A stretch of DNA of 64,000 nt. It comes from Patescibacteria group bacterium. GTDB lineage: Bacteria; Patescibacteriota; Patescibacteriia; JAHJFT01. A model generated the notes under the pieces. That model made no database searches. It was not told the DNA's origin and saw only the letters and a list, made by a program, of their open reading frames with translations. Positions within the stretch are counted from its first letter, which is position 1, and the number at the start of each line of letters is the position of its first letter. Shown here in pieces: positions 45,874 through 54,392 of the stretch. The stretch is from positions 587,014 to 651,013 of the forward strand of contig JAQTTB010000001.1 in NCBI GenBank assembly GCA_028710985.1, in the 5' to 3' direction. Made by a program: the position numbers and the translations under genes.

Positions 45874-45926
45874 CACGGCCGCAGTATCTTGTTCCCCTCC
45901 TTAATAAAGGAGGGGAAAGGGGAGGA
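45811..45926. repeat. CCCCTCC...GGAGGGG hairpin pair upstream of DUF559, with cctgcctgccgacaggcagg inserted at 45829-45848
   Basis: cccctccct[insert]ttataaagggagggg and ttcccctccttaataaaggaggggaa. Confidence 0.85.
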
Positions 45927-45953
45927 TTTTACAAGTGGATTTTAGAACAGCGC

Positions 45954-46317
45954 ATGAAATATTATCCGACCTACAATTCAAAATTAAAACCAACGGCACG
46001 CGTTTTGCGGAACAGTATGACTCCCGCGGAAATACTTCTCTGGTCAGGGTTGAAAGCCAAGCAATTCTGCGGATTGCAATTTTACCGGCAGCGTCCGCTC
46101 GGCAATTATATTGTTGATTTTTATTGCCCCGCCAAAAAGCTCGTGATTGAAGTTGATGGCGGGCATCATTGTTATGATGACAAGCAGGTCGCGAACGACA
46201 AAAAGAGACGCTTATCTTAAAAAAGTTTTTAAATTAAAAATATTGCGATTTAATAATGTTGATATCTTGAATAGCATTGACGAAGTGCTCGAGAGAATTG
46301 CGGAACAAATATATTGA
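45954..46317 (+). pseudogene. DUF559 (Vsr-like) endonuclease-domain gene with a -1 frameshift near 46200
   Basis: ARVLRNSMTPAE..LW, FYRQRPLGNYIVDFYC, IEVDGGHH. The C-terminus KRDAYLKKVFKLKILRFNN... is in the -1 frame and ends at TGA 46317. Confidence 0.85.
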
Positions 46318-46406
46318 TATATTTAGCAAAATAATATAATGTAACTTTACATCGCAGACGATTTATACTTCACGGTTATCTAGCCGTGAGAAAAAAGGAG
46401 GAGGCC

Positions 46407-46859
46407 ATGGAGCAGGATCAGCGCGATAAGTATTTGGCTGCGGTTGACCGGTTCAAGCCGCACCTAGTTGACTGGAGCAGGCGCATCCGTGTACTCGCGG
46501 CCGACGAGGAGGCGCGCGGCAAGGCCGAATACGAGCGCGTTATGAGCGAGGGAGAAACCCGGCCCGGTGATGGAATCATAGCCGAGGTTTGGCCCTATGC
46601 CAGACTCAAAACTAATCACGAGTTCATGGTGCGCGAAAGCGAGCTCAGTATCTTCGGCAAGGAGGACAGCTGGCGCCGGCCGTGGAGCGACGTCGAGGAA
46701 GACGGGCGCAATGCGTTCTTCAAGCTCTTTCTCGGGCATGTGCCCATGTGCCACTTCCGTGGGTCAAGCGATGCCGCCATGCCTGACTTCCGCGTCCTGC
46801 TCATCGGCCTCCTGGAGGATGATGCCAAATTCATCCAAGTGCTGGAGGGGAGGAGCTAG
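46407..46859 (+). CDS. Hypothetical protein (orphan cassette)
   Basis: AAGGAGGAGG then ATG at 46407; terminator near 46888-46923. Confidence 0.75.
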   Translation: MEQDQRDKYLAAVDRFKPHLVDWSRRIRVLAADEEARGKAEYERVMSEGETRPGDGIIAEVWPYARLKTNHEFMVRESELSIFGKEDSWRRPWSDVEEDGRNAFFKLFLGHVPMCHFRGSSDAAMPDFRVLLIGLLEDDAKFIQVLEGRS

Positions 46860-46990
46860 CCTCACGCGGCTCAAGACATCCTAACTCGACCCATTTGCCA
46901 AGAGCAAGTGGGTCTTTTTTTTATGAAAAGGCGAGCGGTTGACAAAATATCACATTTATGATATTATAGTCAGTTTTAAAGGAGGATAAG

Positions 46991-47362
46991 ATGAGCCGCA
47001 AGCACAAAGAGGCGATAGCTCACCTGAAGGCGATCGGGGTGATACGAGGATACGACATCAAGTCAAAGCTCCCCGAGCTAGAGAGGACGTCCACCTTCCT
47101 GCGGTTCCCACCGCCTCCGGATTTTCTAAGAGTGGACCCTTCTACCGATCGGGCGGTGATGGACGAGGTTCTGCTGCGAGAACGCGCCTCACTTCATGCC
47201 ATGTGGGCAAGGGAGTTTGATCAGGGGATGGCGATGGAAGACCGTCGTATCGCCATGTGTGAGTACGAAGAAGGGCCGAGAGAGGCCCTCATGAAGCCGC
47301 CCTGGTACAAGCGCCTGCTGGTTCGTCTCGGAATGGCCAAGTCTCCGCGAATCGAGCCCTAG
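46991..47362 (+). CDS. Hypothetical protein (orphan cassette)
   Basis: TTGACA-N17-TATTAT at 46939; AAGGAGG. Confidence 0.75.
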   Translation: MSRKHKEAIAHLKAIGVIRGYDIKSKLPELERTSTFLRFPPPPDFLRVDPSTDRAVMDEVLLRERASLHAMWAREFDQGMAMEDRRIAMCEYEEGPREALMKPPWYKRLLVRLGMAKSPRIEP

Positions 47363-47494
47363 CGAAGCAAAAGCTACTCTCCGATCATATTGAATACATC
47401 ATCGATGCCTGCTCAAGCGCCATCGCACCTCTGCGACGGCGTCTTTTTTTCTGCATAATTTTGTGCTAAGCTCATAAATAGAGGAGGAGATACG

Positions 47495-47770
47495 ATGAAT
47501 TATTCCAGCCTGGACGAAGCTTATCTTGCCTTGGAGAGAATGCGTAAAGAGCGAGAAACTGCGCTTACGAAAGAGGAGAAGGATAAGCTGGACATGGATA
47601 TCGCATACCTTCGGCACGAGATTAGAAGTGCTTCCTCGGAGGAAGTCCTATACGCGCGTTGGGGCGATAGCGACTTCGACGAGCCTGACGACTCCGACGG
47701 GTTCTGCGACCCTGACGGACCCTATGACTTCGACGAGTTCGCGGGAGACGGCGACGGAGGCTGTCTCTAG
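47495..47770 (+). CDS. Hypothetical protein with a strongly acidic C-terminal tail
   Basis: GAGGAGGAG site; extended -10 TGcTAAGCT; 91 aa. Confidence 0.7.
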   Translation: MNYSSLDEAYLALERMRKERETALTKEEKDKLDMDIAYLRHEIRSASSEEVLYARWGDSDFDEPDDSDGFCDPDGPYDFDEFAGDGDGGCL

Positions 47771-47898
47771 GAAGAAATTCCTGAACTTGAAGAGGGCTAT
47801 GGAGAAGTGAGCCAGCGCCTGTCTTTGACAATTTCCGCAAAATGATGTAGCTTTTAAATATTCAAGGAGAGCCTCGAGAGGGACCCGCACACCTCTGG

Positions 47899-48162
47899 AT
47901 GCCGAGACTTTCCAGAGCTGCCAAAAGAGGGCACGCAGAGAGGAGCTCTGGCCAGCGAACCTTTCCTTCCGGAGAACCCATCAGTATCGGGCGCTGCGTT
48001 TCCTGTATGCGGTTTCCGGTATGCGTGGGAGTGGAGGAAATGGCCACCAATAATCTCTGCACCTTATTTTGTTCCTTTCTTGATGTTATCCGTCGCCCTT
48101 GCGATGGAACCGTTTCGTCATGTCCTGCCTTGCCTTCAAGTCGGGACTTTTTTTATCTATAA
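47899..48162 (+). CDS. Possible Cys-rich small protein
   Basis: TTGACA-N17-TAGCTT at 47825; start and frame uncertain. Confidence 0.35.
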   Translation: MPRLSRAAKRGHAERSSGQRTFPSGEPISIGRCVSCMRFPVCVGVEEMATNNLCTLFCSFLDVIRRPCDGTVSSCPALPSSRDFFYL

Positions 48163-48230
48163 TTTTTTATGGCGTTGTTACGGCGAACTCATTGCCCTAT
48201 ATCCCGTCGTATAGTAAAATATAACTGCTT

Positions 48231-48338
48231 ATGAGACCAAGGCATATAAAATTAATAAAAAGACTAGTGATTCTGGTATTTTTTTTGTTTATAATTTTGA
48301 GTACCATCCTTTGGACAATGGCCCCACTGTTTTACTAA
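48231..48338 (+). CDS. 35-aa single-TM peptide
   Basis: MRPRHIKLIKRLVILVFFLFIILSTILWTMAPLFY. Confidence 0.5.
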   Translation: MRPRHIKLIKRLVILVFFLFIILSTILWTMAPLFY

Positions 48339-48339
48339 T

Positions 48340-48407
48340 ATGAGAGCGTTGAATATTTATGAAACGCCCTCATCCCGAGTTCCGATCGCAATCGGGACGA
48401 GGGATCT
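48340..48407. repeat. Hairpin plus CTCATCCCGAG[hairpin]CGAGGGATCT repeat
   Basis: Homologous to 40362-40429 with a different central hairpin. Confidence 0.7.
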
Positions 48408-48476
48408 ATTATACTCGCGGCAAGAAACATCGATTATAAAAGAGATGAATATTTTTAGTTATCCAACGGTCTAAAT

Positions 48477-50201
48477 ATGCGCAAGGCTTGGAAAATCGCC
48501 GAGGCCGTGAGCCCGGATTATTGCGCCCGGTTTCCGGAAATCTCACCGGTCGTGGTTCAGCTTCTGGCGAACCGTGGCCTTGAGAGCCAGGAGCAGATTG
48601 ACGAATTTTTGGCGCCGGATTTTACGCGGGATATTAAAGATCCTTTTTTATTTACGCGCATGCGCGACGCGGTTGAGCGCGTTTTTCAGGCGATTGAGGC
48701 GCGGGAAAAAATTACGGTCTGGAGCGATTACGACGCCGACGGCGTCACGAGCGGCACAATTGCGCGCTCGGTTATCCGCGAGGTCGGAGCAAAGTTGGGC
48801 TATGACGGCGAGCTGGTTGACTTTTACATTCCGCACCGCGACCTGGAAGGCTACGGCCTCAATCAGGCCGGGGTTGAAAGAATCGCCAAAGAGGGGTGCA
48901 AACTTCTGGTTGCCACGGATTGCGGCATCGGCAATGCCAATGAAATCGCCTGGCTCCGGAAAAAAGGAATCGATGTCATCGTAATCGACCACCACCAGGT
49001 GCCCGACCGCCTGCCGGACGCGATTATTATTCATACTTCAACGCCCGGTGAGATTTATCCGTTCAAGCCCTTTGCCGCGGCCGGCGTGGCGTTCAAATTT
49101 GCCTGCGCCCTGATTACCGCAGGGCGGGAGCGGGGGATTGATTTTTCTCCGGGTTTTGAAAAATGGTACCTGGATCTCGTGGCCATCGCCACGGTGACGG
49201 ACATGATGCCCCTCATCGGAGAGAACCGCACCCTGGAAAAGTTCGGGCTCGTGGTGCTCGCAAAAACGCGGCGGCCGGGCCTGCGCAAACTGTTTGAAGC
49301 CGCCGGCATCGCGTCCGAGAAGCTGGACACGCGTTCCATCGGATTTCAGATCGGGCCGCGCCTTAACGCCGCAAGCCGCATGGACCACGCCAATCAGGCA
49401 TTCGCGCTCCTCAATGCCGAAGACGAAAAACAAGCCGCCGAACTCGCGACAGAGCTTTGCTCATTGAATCAGCAGCGCCGGGACATCACCAAAGAAACAT
49501 ACGATCAGGCAATCGCGCAAATCGGCGATCCGGGCAACCGGAAAATTCTTTTCAGCCGGAATGAATCCTGGCCGCCGTCAATCGTCGGGCTGGTGGCCGG
49601 CAAAGTCTGCGATGATTACTATCGCCCGGTGATTCTCATCGGCCGCGAAGGGGAGAGGTGGCTTGGTTCGGGCCGGAGCATTCCCGAGTTTGACATTACT
49701 GCCGCCCTGCACTCGGCCGAAGAGCATCTGGCGCGCTTTGGCGGCCATCCCGGGGCCTGCGGCTTTGACATGAAGTCCGAGGCCGATATCGCGCCGTTTA
49801 TTGAAAAACTCACCAAATACGCCGAAGAGCGATTAGCCTGCGTCGCGCTCGCGCCGGCCATAAATATTGAGGCCGAATTGGGGCTCGATGAAACAAATTT
49901 TGATCTGGTGCACGCGCTCGCTGAATTCGCGCCGCACGGCATGAATAATCCCAAGCCCATATTTTTGGCGCGCGATCTCACGGTCGTGAGTTTTGAAACC
50001 ATGGGCATGGACCAAAAGCATCTGAAAATCGCGGTAAAGACTCCGGCCGGCGCCACAAAAAAATTAGTCGGTTTCGGCATCGCCGGCCGCATCTCCGAAC
50101 TCAAAGTCGGCGCCAAGCTTGAACTCGCTTACGAACTTGATATCAACCAGTGGAATGGGAATCAGGAGCTGCAATTTAAAATTATTGATTTTAAATTATG
50201 A
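48477..50201 (+). CDS. recJ: Single-stranded DNA exonuclease RecJ
   Basis: DYDADG, EGYGL, DCG, IDHH, GPRLNAASR, GGHP. Confidence 0.97.
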   Translation: MRKAWKIAEAVSPDYCARFPEISPVVVQLLANRGLESQEQIDEFLAPDFTRDIKDPFLFTRMRDAVERVFQAIEAREKITVWSDYDADGVTSGTIARSVIREVGAKLGYDGELVDFYIPHRDLEGYGLNQAGVERIAKEGCKLLVATDCGIGNANEIAWLRKKGIDVIVIDHHQVPDRLPDAIIIHTSTPGEIYPFKPFAAAGVAFKFACALITAGRERGIDFSPGFEKWYLDLVAIATVTDMMPLIGENRTLEKFGLVVLAKTRRPGLRKLFEAAGIASEKLDTRSIGFQIGPRLNAASRMDHANQAFALLNAEDEKQAAELATELCSLNQQRRDITKETYDQAIAQIGDPGNRKILFSRNESWPPSIVGLVAGKVCDDYYRPVILIGREGERWLGSGRSIPEFDITAALHSAEEHLARFGGHPGACGFDMKSEADIAPFIEKLTKYAEERLACVALAPAINIEAELGLDETNFDLVHALAEFAPHGMNNPKPIFLARDLTVVSFETMGMDQKHLKIAVKTPAGATKKLVGFGIAGRISELKVGAKLELAYELDINQWNGNQELQFKIIDFKL

Positions 50202-50614
50202 AAAAACTCCGTATCTACACCGACGGCGGTGCCCGTGGGAACCCCGGCCCGGCCGGTATTGGCGCCGTAATCTATGACGCCCAAGATCAGCAAGCCGGCG
50301 CGCTTGCGCGGATTTCGGAATTCATCGGCAATGCCACCAATAATCAGGCCGAATACCGCGCTCTGATCGCCGGACTTGAAAAAGCCGCCGAGCTCGGCGC
50401 CGACCAAGTGGAAGTAATTTCCGATTCCGAACTTTTGGTCAAGCAGTGCCGCGGCGAGTACAAAATCAAGAATCCGGATCTGGCCCAGCTCTTTATGAAA
50501 GTCTGGAACTTGATACAGAAATTCAAAAAAGTCACATTTCACCACTCATTGCGCTCGGGCAATGCCGAAGCCGACGCGTTGGTGAATTTGGCTATTGATA
50601 AAAACAACCGTTAG
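50198..50614 (+). CDS. rnhA: Ribonuclease HI family protein
   Basis: YTDGGARGNPG, TNNQAEY, SDSELLVKQ, N..AD.L.N. Confidence 0.92.
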   Translation: MKKLRIYTDGGARGNPGPAGIGAVIYDAQDQQAGALARISEFIGNATNNQAEYRALIAGLEKAAELGADQVEVISDSELLVKQCRGEYKIKNPDLAQLFMKVWNLIQKFKKVTFHHSLRSGNAEADALVNLAIDKNNR

Positions 50615-51079
50615 AAATCCAAAATCCAAATGTCAAACCAAGGTCAAAATCCAAACGCCAAAAAGTATGATTTGTCTGAACGCACCGCGAGGTTCGGAGG
50701 GAATATTATAGATTTCGTTGGGACCATCTCGGACAATTCAATTACCCGGCCGCTCAAGAGCCAGGCCGTTCGTTCTGGAACCAGCATCGGCGCAAACTAC
50801 ATGGAGGCTGACGGCGCAGAATCCAGAAAAGACTTTTTTCATAAAATCGGCATATGCAAAAAAGAGGCAAAAGAAACCATGCACTGGTTGCGCATGATCG
50901 CCAGGACAAATATGGTATCAAAAGAAAAATGTATTGCTTTATGGAAAGAAGCGCATGAACTCGCGTTAATCTTTTCCGCGATTATTATCAAGAAGTAATT
51001 TGGGCTTTGGATTTTCCGCCAGGGGCGGATCTGCCTCGGGCATGAGGTTTGAACTTTGGATTTTGAAATTTGGATTTTT
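50615..51079. mobile_element. Four-helix-bundle gene cassette bounded by inverted AAATCCA/TTTGGAT tandem arrays
   Basis: Left arm 50615-50655, right arm 50999-51079; a GC palindrome is inserted at 51015-51045. Confidence 0.65.
50630..50998 (+). CDS. Four helix bundle protein (23S rRNA IVP / Avd-like family)
   Basis: DLSERT..F, Q.VRSGTSIGANY.EA...ES..DF.HK..I..KE..ET..WL. Confidence 0.93.
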   Translation: MSNQGQNPNAKKYDLSERTARFGGNIIDFVGTISDNSITRPLKSQAVRSGTSIGANYMEADGAESRKDFFHKIGICKKEAKETMHWLRMIARTNMVSKEKCIALWKEAHELALIFSAIIIKK

Positions 51080-51204
51080 AAGTCAGTTTTTGGCTAAAAC
51101 TAGAATAATTAATCAATCAGCCATCAGGCCCTGCGGCCTGTTTATTTTTGTGCATATCTCGATATAAAATTAGGTTATTTTATGATAAAATACAACCATA
51201 AACT

Positions 51205-53112
51205 ATGACAGAGAAAAGGCGAACAATTATTGAGTTCGGATTTGTTTTTTTGGTATTTGCGTTTTTGATATTTATCGGTCCGCAAGCCTCACGAGCCGCG
51301 GCTGATGATTTTTTCCGCGGCTGGATCTGGAACGACCATATCGGCTGGATTTCCATGAACTGCGCGGATACCGGAACCTGCGCCGCGGTTGATTACGGCG
51401 TGGACATGGATCTCTCGAACGGCAATATCACGGGCTACGCCTGGTCCGAGAACGCCGGCTGGATTTGTTTTGGTTCAACCTGCGCGGGCGTGACGCCCCA
51501 GGGCGGCGGGAGTTATGCCGGATACGCGAGTTCCACCGGCGAGATCGGCGGCTGGGCAAAAATGGAATGGCTGAATATGCCCTCCGAAGGCTGGATTTCA
51601 TTAAACTGCGCCAACCCGGCGGTTTGCGGCGCCTCAAATTACAAAACCACGATCAGCACATTTGATAATACCGATGTCGGAGGATGGGCCTGGAACGGGA
51701 ACGGCGCCGGCGCGAATCAAACCGGCCTGGGTTGGTTTGATTTTTCCCGCGTCATCGGCACCAAAGAATTTATGTGCCAGGATCTCCTGGACAACGACGC
51801 CGACGGCCTAATTGACTGCGCCGATCCGGATTGCCCGTGCGCCCTGGAAATGAACGAGCCGCTCTGCACTGACGGAATTGATAACGACGGCGATGTTCTG
51901 GTTGACTGCCTGGACAATCAGCCAAATCTCGCCAATAGTTGCTGGCACCATGATCCCTATTGCCCCACCAACGAAGCCCTGGCCTGGCTCTGGGACGGTT
52001 CTTCCTGGGTTCAGCCCGGCGGCAGCGTCACCTGCCACGACGGTTCGGACAATGATTATGACGGCGTAGTGAACGGCGCTTACGACCAAAGTCCGCTCAC
52101 CGGCCGCGATTGTTTTGATGCCGACTGCGCTCCGTTCTGCACAGAGGAACCGGAAAATTGCGCCGACGGATTTGATAATAACTGGAACGGGCTTACGGAT
52201 TGCGACGACCCGATCTGTGCTGGTACCTGCTCCGGATTCTGCGAATTTAATGATTCGCCATGCGACGAAATCGGTGCGGTTTGCTACGAAGATCCGGAAA
52301 CTCATCAAAAATATTACTGCAAGGCCCGTCCCTGGCTCGAAACTAAATACGGCCAGGTCTACGGCCAGCTTGGCGTTGAGGGCCCAGCCGCGCCCGAGGG
52401 CATGTCTAATGCCACTTTCTGCGTTATCGCTGCGACCGGCGGGATTGCGAATTTTACAAGTGAACAGAGTTGTTATATTTCTCCGGAGGATGTTTTTGGC
52501 TTCCCGAGCCAGCTCAATAAATACACCAACATTCTCGGCAACCTCGATATCGCGGGAATTATAAGCGGTCTCTACGGCGATGTTGTGCCCATGACGAGCA
52601 ACATCATCCCCCCGGTTCTGAACGGGAAAATATACTATTGGGCCGACGGCGACCTCAATATCCAATCCGCGATTCAAATTGCCGATGCAATCGGTAATGG
52701 CAGCGGTGCCGGACTTATTATTGTCCGAGGCGACATTCGGTTTGACTATGATGTGATCTATGGCACAAGTAATATCTCCAAGCTCAAACAGCTTGCTTCA
52801 ATCGGCTGGATCGCATTAAGGGATCCCGTTTCCGGTTTGGGCGGTAATATCTACATCGGCAATGACGTGAACAATCTCGTTGGCGCGTTTTATGCCGAAG
52901 AAATGGTGCAGACTGATGCGGGCAATGTGCCGCTTTTAGTCAACGGTTTGATGATTTCCAAGAAATTTGATTTCAATCGCGTCTTCTCCAGCGGCGCCCA
53001 GGGCGCGGAGCGCATCATCTTTGACGGCCGTGCGCTCACCAATCCGCCGCCGGGCATGGAGGATCTGACGAGATCATTGCCCTCAATTCAAGAAGTCGTA
53101 CCAACGAGGTAA
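51205..53112 (+). CDS. Secreted Cys-rich protein with GWAW-type and C.DG.DND.DG..DC repeats
   Basis: Signal peptide; GWIWNDHIGWISMNC and GYAWSENAGWI repeats; four DND.DG..DC units; directly upstream of pilM. Confidence 0.8.
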   Translation: MTEKRRTIIEFGFVFLVFAFLIFIGPQASRAAADDFFRGWIWNDHIGWISMNCADTGTCAAVDYGVDMDLSNGNITGYAWSENAGWICFGSTCAGVTPQGGGSYAGYASSTGEIGGWAKMEWLNMPSEGWISLNCANPAVCGASNYKTTISTFDNTDVGGWAWNGNGAGANQTGLGWFDFSRVIGTKEFMCQDLLDNDADGLIDCADPDCPCALEMNEPLCTDGIDNDGDVLVDCLDNQPNLANSCWHHDPYCPTNEALAWLWDGSSWVQPGGSVTCHDGSDNDYDGVVNGAYDQSPLTGRDCFDADCAPFCTEEPENCADGFDNNWNGLTDCDDPICAGTCSGFCEFNDSPCDEIGAVCYEDPETHQKYYCKARPWLETKYGQVYGQLGVEGPAAPEGMSNATFCVIAATGGIANFTSEQSCYISPEDVFGFPSQLNKYTNILGNLDIAGIISGLYGDVVPMTSNIIPPVLNGKIYYWADGDLNIQSAIQIADAIGNGSGAGLIIVRGDIRFDYDVIYGTSNISKLKQLASIGWIALRDPVSGLGGNIYIGNDVNNLVGAFYAEEMVQTDAGNVPLLVNGLMISKKFDFNRVFSSGAQGAERIIFDGRALTNPPPGMEDLTRSLPSIQEVVPTR

Positions 53113-53115
53113 TCC

Positions 53116-53197
53116 CGAATTCTGAATTTCGAATTTTGATTCAATTATGAAATTAAGAATTATTAATTGATTCGAAATTCAGAATTCAAAATTCGAA
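53116..53197. repeat. Inverted heptamer tandem array (GAATTTC/GAAATTC), no cargo gene
   Basis: cgaattctgaatttcgaattttg ... ttcgaaattcagaattcaaaattcgaa. Confidence 0.8.
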
Positions 53198-53242
53198 CAT
53201 ATTTAGACACATATTAGAAAATTTGGTATAATTTATCTATAA

Positions 53243-54322
53243 ATGCCTTTATTTGGTAAACCGACAAAAAAGAGTTACCTCGGCGTCGACCTCGGTGCCG
53301 GCGGAATTAAAGTTGTGGAACTTATGAACGAGCGGGGACGCGCCCGGCTAGTGACTTATGGTTACAGCGACCGCCCGTTTGAGGTTATGTCGACCAATAT
53401 TATCGATACGGCCAAAGACGCCGCCGAAACTCTGAAAAAAATTTGCCAAAAAGCCCAGACCTCGTCCACAAAGGCCGTGGCCGGTTTGCCGGTTGCTTCA
53501 GTTTTTAGCTCAATTATTACGGTCCAGGCAAAAAATCGCGACGAGCTCAAAGAGGCGATTCAGGCTAAGGCAAAAAAGCTGATCCCCATGCCAATTGAAG
53601 AAATGATTATTGATTCCAAGATTTTAAACAAGCTGCCCGAGGGCAACAAAGAGTTCCCGGCCGAGTCGCGCAATATCCGCGTTTTGATCACCGGCGCGCC
53701 CAAGGGCATTGTAAAAAAATACATTGAAATATTTAAAATCGCGGGTTTGGAACTCTTGAGTCTCGAGACCGAGGCGTTTGCCCTGATTCGTTCGCTCGTG
53801 GGCAAGGACCCGTCGTCAATCATGATTATTGATTTCGGTTCGGTGCGTACAAACTTAAGCGTGATTGAAAAGGGTATACCCTTTCTGAACCGCAGCATAA
53901 ACATGGGCGGGCTGACGATCACTAAAACCATCAGTCAGAGTCTGGGCCTGGGCCTCAAGGAATCCGACCAGATGAAGCACGACATCGCTTCGCTCTCGCG
54001 CGTCGCGCCGGGCGGCAGTCTGCCCAAGCTTTTGGACAATCTGCTCCAGCCGATCGTGAATGAAATCAAATATTCGCTCAATATGTATGCCGCGCAAAAA
54101 GAAAGCGAGGGGACCACGGTGCAAAAAATAATTCTCACCGGCGGTTCATCGCTCTTGCCCAATCTTTCGGATTATTTTACCAAACTTTTGAATATCAACA
54201 CCTATCTCGGCGATCCGTGGGCGCGCGTTATTTATCCCACCGAGCTGAAGCCGGTTCTTGATGATATCGGTCCGCGCTTTTCCGTGCCGGTCGGACTCGC
54301 CATGAGAGACATCGGAATCTAA
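53243..54322 (+). CDS. pilM: Type IV pilus assembly protein PilM
   Basis: LGVDLG..IKVVEL, IIDFG, IILTGGSS.L, F...VGLAMR. Confidence 0.93.
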   Translation: MPLFGKPTKKSYLGVDLGAGGIKVVELMNERGRARLVTYGYSDRPFEVMSTNIIDTAKDAAETLKKICQKAQTSSTKAVAGLPVASVFSSIITVQAKNRDELKEAIQAKAKKLIPMPIEEMIIDSKILNKLPEGNKEFPAESRNIRVLITGAPKGIVKKYIEIFKIAGLELLSLETEAFALIRSLVGKDPSSIMIIDFGSVRTNLSVIEKGIPFLNRSINMGGLTITKTISQSLGLGLKESDQMKHDIASLSRVAPGGSLPKLLDNLLQPIVNEIKYSLNMYAAQKESEGTTVQKIILTGGSSLLPNLSDYFTKLLNINTYLGDPWARVIYPTELKPVLDDIGPRFSVPVGLAMRDIGI

Positions 54323-54392
54323 TTTCGAATTTCGAATTCTGGATTTCGAATTTCAAAATTCAAAATTGATTCAGAATTCAAAATTCGAAATT
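54321..54392. repeat. Inverted heptamer tandem array (GAATTTC/GAAATTC), no cargo gene
   Basis: aatttcg aatttcg aattctg gatttcg aatttc ... aaaattc aaaattg attc agaattc aaaattc gaaatt. Confidence 0.85.

Noticed and set aside
50630-53112. Diversity-generating retroelement suggested by the Avd-like protein
   Set aside because: No reverse transcriptase, and no template/variable repeat pair differing at adenines was seen.
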